Assembly (NCBI GenBank): GCA_040386615.1
Contig: JAZKFC010000021.1
Span: 220,466-284,465 of the forward strand
Length of the DNA stretch: 64,000 nucleotides
Origin: Bacteroidota bacterium
Lineage (GTDB): Bacteria; Bacteroidota; Bacteroidia; B-17B0; Aurantibacillaceae
Reading direction: 5' to 3'
Numbering within the stretch: the first letter of the stretch is position 1; every line of letters starts with the position of its first letter. The notes under the pieces are model-generated. The model searched no databases. It had not been told where the DNA came from and worked only from the letters and a program-made list of their open reading frames with translations. Shown in pieces: positions 57,845 to 64,000 of this stretch. Both the position numbers and the translations under genes were made by a program.

Positions 57845-59436
57845 TGGCATTAGCTGAATACTTTTCTAAAGATCTTCTTGCAATTTCTCAAGCTCTAAAA
57901 AAGGGTTCGGTTCAGGAATTTGAGAGCACATTAAATAAAACAGTTATTGGAATTGCTTTTGACAATGAAATAGAAAAGCGAGAAGGAAAAGCGGCAATTG
58001 AATTAACGGTGCGTTTGTTAAGCAGGTTATATCCCAAAATAAACTTCATTTATTCTGGAGATTTGAAAGGAAGCGGGGATGAATTAATAAAGTTATCTAA
58101 AGCAATCAACTCTAAAATAGAGATAACAGACGAAAAGCCCTCTTTAATTTTATCTATTGGTGGGACGCAGCTTCCTGAAACGTTTACTGATATTTCTACT
58201 TTTTACATTGGCTCTGACAGATGGGTCTCAAAATTTTCCACTAAAAAACCCGTCGGTAGCGGCAATAGTGATGTTCCATTAGCGGCTGGAGCTGCGGCCT
58301 GTATTGGTGCATCAAATATTTTTAGGCATGTGTTCAAAGATTTTCTGAGTGATGTTGAATTTGACAACGATTTTTCCTTATCGTTAATTTCGCTCTCGCT
58401 TGGAGAAGAAAATTCAGATGAGCTATCGGAAATGGATCTTGGTGACTTTATTTTAGTAGGATTTGGTGCAATAGGTAACGGAGCTATATGGGCCCTGGCC
58501 AACGCGCCTTCTTTAAAAGGGCAACTTACAATTGTTGAGCCTGAAATCCTTGAACTCTCAAATTTACAGCGTTATGTATTGGCAGAAGAACGCCATAAAG
58601 AACAGTTGAAAATAGAAATTCCCAAGGAGTATATTAAAAATCCAAACATTAAATTAAACGTGATTCAAAATACTTGGGCGGAATTTGCGAACGGAAATAG
58701 CGATTGGAAAAACTCCTTTGTTCTAATTTCTATTGATAATGCCAAAGATCGAGTTGGTGTCCAAAGTTCTTTACCCAGGAAAATAATTAACTCATACACA
58801 GGCGATAATTTAATTGGTATTTCGCGTCACTTAAATTTTGGAGAAGAGGCTTGCGTTGTTTGCACATATATGCCAACAGGACAAGCGAAGAGTTTTGCGT
58901 TACAAGTCGCAGAAAATTTAGGAATACACAATGTAAAACTTCCGCCAAATGTTCTTCCTAATATAACAATGGAATTTATTATTGGGGGGTATTTGCATTC
59001 CAATAAAGGTGCAGATGACCAATTACTCCAGTGGATTGCTGATGAGAACTCCATTGATCGAGCCGAGTTAGAGCAATTCAAAGACATTCCCGTAAGAGAT
59101 TTCTATTCAAGATTTGTTTGCGGTGGGGTACTGATGGAAATGAAGAAAAATGGAAATAAAGTTGGTACAGTTGAAGCGCCTTTAGCGTTTCAGTCTGCTT
59201 TAGCGGGAATACTCCTGATCTCTGAATTTATGCTTGAAAAAGCTGATGCCCGGAAAAACAATGTATCGAACGTAACCCAAGTTTTTCCTCTTGCTCCTAT
59301 AAAGAACGAGATGAATCCCAGAAATACTTTTTTTGAAAAGGACGGAACAGGAAGATGTATTTGCAGCGACAGCGCATTTATAAAAGCCTACAAAAAGAAA
59401 TATTCGATAGGAAGTAAAATAAAAGTAGCCTCATAA
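57844..59436 (+). CDS. E1-like ThiF-family adenylyltransferase with an N-terminal extension of about 190 aa
   Basis: 530 aa. Rossmann GFGAIGNG (58459-58476), ELSNLQRY (ThiF/MoeB NLxRQ-type motif), SIDNAKDR and CVVC. TAATG overlap with the JAB gene. Confidence 0.8.
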   Translation: MALAEYFSKDLLAISQALKKGSVQEFESTLNKTVIGIAFDNEIEKREGKAAIELTVRLLSRLYPKINFIYSGDLKGSGDELIKLSKAINSKIEITDEKPSLILSIGGTQLPETFTDISTFYIGSDRWVSKFSTKKPVGSGNSDVPLAAGAAACIGASNIFRHVFKDFLSDVEFDNDFSLSLISLSLGEENSDELSEMDLGDFILVGFGAIGNGAIWALANAPSLKGQLTIVEPEILELSNLQRYVLAEERHKEQLKIEIPKEYIKNPNIKLNVIQNTWAEFANGNSDWKNSFVLISIDNAKDRVGVQSSLPRKIINSYTGDNLIGISRHLNFGEEACVVCTYMPTGQAKSFALQVAENLGIHNVKLPPNVLPNITMEFIIGGYLHSNKGADDQLLQWIADENSIDRAELEQFKDIPVRDFYSRFVCGGVLMEMKKNGNKVGTVEAPLAFQSALAGILLISEFMLEKADARKNNVSNVTQVFPLAPIKNEMNPRNTFFEKDGTGRCICSDSAFIKAYKKKYSIGSKIKVAS

Positions 59437-59442
59437 TTTATA

Positions 59443-60501
59443 CTACTTTTCATTCTCTTCCTCCAACACCCAGATTCGCTTAAGCGGTAATCTTGCTTTA
59501 AATTCAGGCGAGAATTTATCATAGTGCTCAAATATTTCCTGAATTACGTGATCTGAGTTCCATAATCTGATCTTAAAGTACTTCTCGCGGGATTCACGAA
59601 TAAGTTCATCTGAAAATCCACCCCATGAAACTAACAACCCGAAATCAGCCTTAAAGGTCGCCATAACACCCACCAACTCTCTTAGCACTTTAGGAGGCAA
59701 CTTTCCTTCGCCAGACTTCACTTGGACACAAATATTTGGTTCCTCAAAACCCAATGCCCCTTTTGATGCTAACAAATCAACACCTCCATCTGCTCCCTTT
59801 GTTTTCGCATTATTAAAGTATCCAATCTCTTTGGTACGGGTAGTATTATAACCATGCGCTTTTAATATTTCCCGGATTAGATCTTCAAACTCATATTCCT
59901 TAAAATTACGTTGCACATACTTCTCAATTTTTGTATAAGCAATCTCGTCGGTATTAACGAACTCAACAGAATCGCTACTTCCATCAAAATTTAGCCAGAC
60001 TTCTTCTTCCTTTTTAACGGACGGCTTATCCTTCCCATGCAAGATCGCTTGTACACGTTCTGCTGCATTGTTCCTTGTAATACAGCTTACCGTGAGCAAT
60101 GAGCCGAATGAATATAGAATGTCTTCATCGAAAGCGGATCTCGATAGAGTTTTTTCCCATGAAACAGGAATAATGTGATAAACATCTTCGTTAATTTCCT
60201 TGTACTGATAATCACCTTTTATTATACCAATATGAATTTCGGGAGCAAATTTTGATGGTAACGCAACTATATCACCTTTTTTTATTTGAGTTGCAAACCT
60301 CCATATTTGACCAACCTTTAAACCAAGCGAAACAGCACTTTTTTCTGTATACATCTTTATATACTCTTCCTTTAGTTCTTCCTTAGATTTAAACTTTCTT
60401 AAATCCGGCAAATCATTCCAGCCAATTGTAACAATTTTATTTTCCAAACAGGTTTCTTCCTGCTCTCCGTGGCTACCAGCCCTAACTACCCATAGATTCA
60501 T
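59443..60501 (-). CDS. Mrr-like restriction endonuclease (PD-(D/E)xK) with an N-terminal accessory domain
   Basis: 352 aa. C-terminal GADGGVDLLA...ICVQVKSGEG is a Mrr_cat-type D...(Q)xK motif. Its stop lies 6 nt from the convergent E1 stop. Confidence 0.7.
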   Translation of the reverse strand: MNLWVVRAGSHGEQEETCLENKIVTIGWNDLPDLRKFKSKEELKEEYIKMYTEKSAVSLGLKVGQIWRFATQIKKGDIVALPSKFAPEIHIGIIKGDYQYKEINEDVYHIIPVSWEKTLSRSAFDEDILYSFGSLLTVSCITRNNAAERVQAILHGKDKPSVKKEEEVWLNFDGSSDSVEFVNTDEIAYTKIEKYVQRNFKEYEFEDLIREILKAHGYNTTRTKEIGYFNNAKTKGADGGVDLLASKGALGFEEPNICVQVKSGEGKLPPKVLRELVGVMATFKADFGLLVSWGGFSDELIRESREKYFKIRLWNSDHVIQEIFEHYDKFSPEFKARLPLKRIWVLEEENEK

Positions 60502-60531
60502 ATAACTGATCTTAATATTAATTAATTTTCT

Positions 60532-62409
60532 TTAGCACTTAGCTTTAATAAATTCAAACATCGGTCTGAAAACCTCAAAATGCTTCACATCTATCTCTTT
60601 TACCACTTCCTTAGCGAATTTCGTTTTTTTCTTTGAATCATCTTTAAAAACGATTAACGATCCTCCTCCGGGTGTTCCTTCATTTTGAAAAAATGTGTGC
60701 GTGGCCGCATCACCATAAAATAAATGCTCAATCGTCATCTTTGACTCATGACAATACGTTTCGCCCGTGGCTTTGTCTCTAATAACCTGTTTTTCAATTT
60801 CAGCTATTTTAGGGACGGGCAGCATAAAAGCAAAACTTGGTTTTTCCGCTACGTCAATTAATAATCCTTTATAAGGATCTTTCTCAATCCGAGTACCCTT
60901 TAAATAATTCCATTCGTTATATGCCTCATCAAAGTCAAATAGACCAAACAATGGTTTATTCCCAAGCTCGTTAAATATTCTTTCATCTTGTAGCAAGACC
61001 CTTAGTAAAACACAATTTAAAGCCATGATCGGAATAAAAGGGATAGGTTCTTTATAAAGTTTATCCCATGCCAATTTCAGAATGATTGGATCAGTGCTTC
61101 CCTCCGTGAAAAGAACGGGTTTATTCTCTATGTTTATGCTATTGAGAATACTCAATATCTGTTCCTCTTCCGAGTATTTTACCAGACTTGCGGACATTTG
61201 GTTAATTGCATAGGTCTTATTAACCTCATGACAGCGCACATTATTGTCAACGAAATGGAATAGCTTGATATGCTTTTGCGTATGGGGAACAAGTGTGACC
61301 GCGCTGTGGCTGCTCATTAAAATATGATTACTTTTACTTGCCTTGTCGGCAATATCAAATACCTGTTTTAAAAAATCAAATTGCCATTCTGGATGTAAAA
61401 AGGAATCTGGCTCATCAAGAAAAGTTAAACAGTTTCGATCCTTGAATATTTCTATAATTGAATAGATGTAAACAGACTGAAATTGCCCATCACTAAATTG
61501 GTTGATCGAAGCATTCATTCCGCTTTCCAGCTTAATATCTATTGAAATCTCTTGCAGCATTTCAATAGTTTTTAAATTATCTAGTTGGCGAAAAAGCTCC
61601 TCGATCTTTAATCCCTTGAATTTTTCTTGAAAATCCTTTATATCCAAATAAAGTAAATATTCATCTGCATATTTTTCTTCCCCACGTGGAAAATAGCCTT
61701 CATCTCGGACACGGCCTCTTTTCAGTTCTGTGGGTCGTACCCCAGCCAAGTTATTAAGAAAATCTTTTGTAATTCCTTCTGGTCTCCAAAATTTGGTCGC
61801 CTCATCTTGTGTATCAATATCAAAGCCATTCTTCCGCGCATAAAAGGGTCTTTTAAAAGTAATTTTTAATTCATCGCTGATAGAACTGATCCCGAGTTTC
61901 TTTCTAATAAACTCTTTAGCTTTATTTCCGTCTGGCTGAAGTAACAAAACCGCCAATAACAATGACTTATATTCACGTCCAATTCCGATAAAAGTTCTTG
62001 TATCTTTTATGGCCGCATCTTTTATTTCATTCTTAAACGAGTCTTCATACTCTTTAATAAGTTCAGAAATTTTAGTGTTGTGCCCGGAATAATATATCAA
62101 AATGTTTTCCGGAAGGGTCTTGCGATCTACAGTTTTCGTTACCTTCCCGTTAACCAGCAATTTGCCCTTTTCAAATCTAATTTCAATTGTGTTTTTATCG
62201 ATTTCATACTGAAGAACATAATCAAAAGGTATATAATGTTCCTTTTCATACAAGTGACGGAATATTTCTATTAAAGCCTCAAATAAATTTGATTTACCTG
62301 TTCCGTTTTTGCCAACGAAAACGTCGATAAAGCTTTTGCCATCAAAATCCAATTTGAAGTTTTTCAAATTCTTATATTCCCCAATAATATGTATTTGATA
62401 AAGCCTCAT
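60532..62409 (-). CDS. OLD-family-like ABC/AAA ATPase with C-terminal Toprim-like domain
   Basis: 625 aa. Walker A GKNGTGKS (62290-62313) and Walker B LTFLDEPDSFLHP. C-terminal LFTEGSTD (Toprim Glu) and FDFDE (DxD). Starts 2 nt after the hsdS stop. Confidence 0.72.
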   Translation of the reverse strand: MRLYQIHIIGEYKNLKNFKLDFDGKSFIDVFVGKNGTGKSNLFEALIEIFRHLYEKEHYIPFDYVLQYEIDKNTIEIRFEKGKLLVNGKVTKTVDRKTLPENILIYYSGHNTKISELIKEYEDSFKNEIKDAAIKDTRTFIGIGREYKSLLLAVLLLQPDGNKAKEFIRKKLGISSISDELKITFKRPFYARKNGFDIDTQDEATKFWRPEGITKDFLNNLAGVRPTELKRGRVRDEGYFPRGEEKYADEYLLYLDIKDFQEKFKGLKIEELFRQLDNLKTIEMLQEISIDIKLESGMNASINQFSDGQFQSVYIYSIIEIFKDRNCLTFLDEPDSFLHPEWQFDFLKQVFDIADKASKSNHILMSSHSAVTLVPHTQKHIKLFHFVDNNVRCHEVNKTYAINQMSASLVKYSEEEQILSILNSINIENKPVLFTEGSTDPIILKLAWDKLYKEPIPFIPIMALNCVLLRVLLQDERIFNELGNKPLFGLFDFDEAYNEWNYLKGTRIEKDPYKGLLIDVAEKPSFAFMLPVPKIAEIEKQVIRDKATGETYCHESKMTIEHLFYGDAATHTFFQNEGTPGGGSLIVFKDDSKKKTKFAKEVVKEIDVKHFEVFRPMFEFIKAKC

Positions 62410-62411
62410 GA

Positions 62412-63698
62412 TTAGTCGTTGATAAATACTTCCCTCAATACACTTTGCATTAACTTTCCTGTTTCTTTTTTTGAATTCGTGATTTCTACTTCAAGTTCAT
62501 CGCAAATTTTAAGAAGCCTTTCAACTTTGGAGACGATAATTTTTTGTTCCGAGAGGCTAGGCAATGCAATTACAATAGATTCTAACAAGGGCTTTCTAAC
62601 TCCACTTTGGCCGGCAGTTCTTTCCGAATCATCAATAATTATTTTTTGAATTCTTTTTTCCTGCAATAAGTAATAGCAAAAGTCTTTTATCATAGCCATT
62701 GGATTAGGAATAGCTTTCATAAGAGCAACATTGTATGTTCCACTAAGTCCTCTTAGAATTTGGAAGACGGGAGGTCCATATCTTCCAATCATTATGTCAT
62801 CTTTTTCAAAAGGACGAGTAGCAGATTCCTTTGGAATATATGTTTTAAATTTATCGCTTTTAAAATCTCTTATTTGTACAAGGCGAACGTAACCCTGTTT
62901 TTCTTCATATATGAATTTTCCTTTAGGAGGTTGACTTCCTCCTATAATTTCAATTATCTCACCTAATCTACACCAAACCCATCCTCTTGGAATTTCAAAT
63001 GGGGTTTCATCTGCTTCTACTGGGAGGTTTTTTTTGTCTTTCTTAGTTTTTTTTTCCTTACCAGTATTTTCCTTCCTAATTTTTTCAAGTGCGGTCCTTG
63101 CTGAATCGCCCTTAGAATTCTGTTTAATAAGTTTTCCTTGCATTGCTTCCTGCAAAACACTCTGACGGAGCTTTAATATAAAATTCGTTTGGGCACTCAA
63201 TTCCTCCGTAATTAAATTATGCTTCCCTTCAAATAAAAAATAAGACGCTACTATTTTCTTCTGTTCCTTAATTTTTACATAAGGAATTTCAAAATTTAAA
63301 ACGTCTCCCGCTCGAATAGCTGCATAATTGGTACTACCTTTAGAGTTGATCTGATTCTGGACGATATCGGTTCTAATAAGGACTTTCAAATAATCTCGCA
63401 GCAAAAGGCTTTCGTTTACTTCAAATAAATAATAGTGACTGCTAACGATTGCACCTACTAAATCTTCCGGAACAAATCCATAGCCTCCCACCTTGGCATC
63501 AATTTCAGCAACAAGAAAATCCCCTTTTTTACAAATCTGCTGCCTCTTTGTATTTATCTCAAGACCCTTTACAACATCTCGCAAGACAACTCCTCGGCGA
63601 TTTACTTGAACGCGGCAGCGTTTATACTCAATACCATCATTGATTGTGATAAACTCTTTTCGATGGGCAATGAATTCGCCAAGCCTTCTTATTTCCAT
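62412..63698 (-). CDS. hsdS: type I restriction-modification specificity subunit
   Basis: 428 aa. Two target-recognition domains separated by a conserved helical spacer (LRQSVLQEAMQGKL), and a C-terminal LPSLSEQKIIVSKVERLL. Confidence 0.87.
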   Translation of the reverse strand: MEIRRLGEFIAHRKEFITINDGIEYKRCRVQVNRRGVVLRDVVKGLEINTKRQQICKKGDFLVAEIDAKVGGYGFVPEDLVGAIVSSHYYLFEVNESLLLRDYLKVLIRTDIVQNQINSKGSTNYAAIRAGDVLNFEIPYVKIKEQKKIVASYFLFEGKHNLITEELSAQTNFILKLRQSVLQEAMQGKLIKQNSKGDSARTALEKIRKENTGKEKKTKKDKKNLPVEADETPFEIPRGWVWCRLGEIIEIIGGSQPPKGKFIYEEKQGYVRLVQIRDFKSDKFKTYIPKESATRPFEKDDIMIGRYGPPVFQILRGLSGTYNVALMKAIPNPMAMIKDFCYYLLQEKRIQKIIIDDSERTAGQSGVRKPLLESIVIALPSLSEQKIIVSKVERLLKICDELEVEITNSKKETGKLMQSVLREVFIND

Positions 63699-63699
63699 A

Positions 63700-64000
63700 T
63701 CACTTTAGTTCGGCTTTTAATTGTTTTAACAAATCATTCCCTCTAGAAAATGAAGCAGAAAGTTGCTGAAGTATTTCCGAGCTGCTCAATAGTTCTTCTT
63801 CTTCCATTGACTTTGGATTTTTAAAGTCTAAATTGTAATTACGTTTTTTTATTTCGTTTAAACTTACTTTCCATGCGTATTCATTTTCAGTCCGCTTTTT
63901 CCACCATTTTTTTTCCAATGCAAACTCCTTAATGTTAATTGGCTTGGTTTTATTATACATCTTTACTCCTTCAGGATAAGGATGTTCAAAATACCAAATA
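63700..64000 (-). CDS. hsdM: type I R-M DNA methyltransferase subunit, C-terminal part (continues beyond the window)
   Basis: The frame is open to the window edge and reads ...IWYFEHPYPEGVKMYNKTKPINIKEF..., a typical HsdM C-terminus. Its stop lies 1 nt from the hsdS start. Confidence 0.75.
   Translation of the reverse strand, partial: IWYFEHPYPEGVKMYNKTKPINIKEFALEKKWWKKRTENEYAWKVSLNEIKKRNYNLDFKNPKSMEEEELLSSSEILQQLSASFSRGNDLLKQLKAELK

Noticed and set aside
54652-59436. Classifying the operon as type II CBASS
   Set aside because: The NTase has the AbiEii/AbiGii signature (GGTAL...RFSIDID) and an AbiEi-like partner rather than a cGAS/DncV-like CD-NTase. E1 and E2 are separate proteins rather than a Cap2 fusion, and there is no recognisable cyclic-nucleotide-activated effector. 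CBASS is used only as a mechanistic analogy.

Overview
The window looks like a chromosomal segment of a Bacteroidota genome. Evidence: two proteins with T9SS C-terminal sorting domains, many lipoproteins with a Cys lipobox, TAnnTTTG-type -7 boxes and LytTR/CHASE3 signalling genes. Positions 1-52400 are mostly ordinary core and accessory genes. They include topoisomerase IV parE and parC split by three lipoprotein genes, gap, a LytS/LytTR pair, a vWA protein, an FKBP isomerase and an endonuclease III-like gene. They also include a signalling cluster (a frameshifted REC-PAS-kinase, a 1196-aa CHASE3 hybrid kinase, CheY-like, CheR, CheB), an Mla-type ABC transporter, several SRPBCC/ArsR/DinB genes, an HMA-AraC regulator with Cys-rich micro-ORFs, and an mpg plus imuA-imuB-dnaE2 mutagenesis cassette. 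A tRNA-Arg(CCT) at 52925-52999 marks a change of character. From about 53000 to the window end the DNA is visibly more AT-rich and carries defence-type genes. The most interesting feature is a tightly coupled five-gene operon at 54652-59436. It encodes an AbiEi-like wHTH protein, an AbiEii-type nucleotidyltransferase fused at its C-terminus to a roughly 80-aa ubiquitin-like segment whose ORF ends exactly in Gly-Gly, a divergent E2-like protein, a JAMM/JAB peptidase and a ThiF/E1-like enzyme. This combines a type IV toxin-antitoxin pair with a Bil/CBASS-type II-like ubiquitin-conjugation module, an arrangement I do not recognise as described. Converging on it is a type I R-M locus (hsdM partial, hsdS) that also carries an OLD/Toprim-like ATPase and an Mrr-like endonuclease. 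All functional calls rest on motif recognition by eye plus synteny. No database search was possible.
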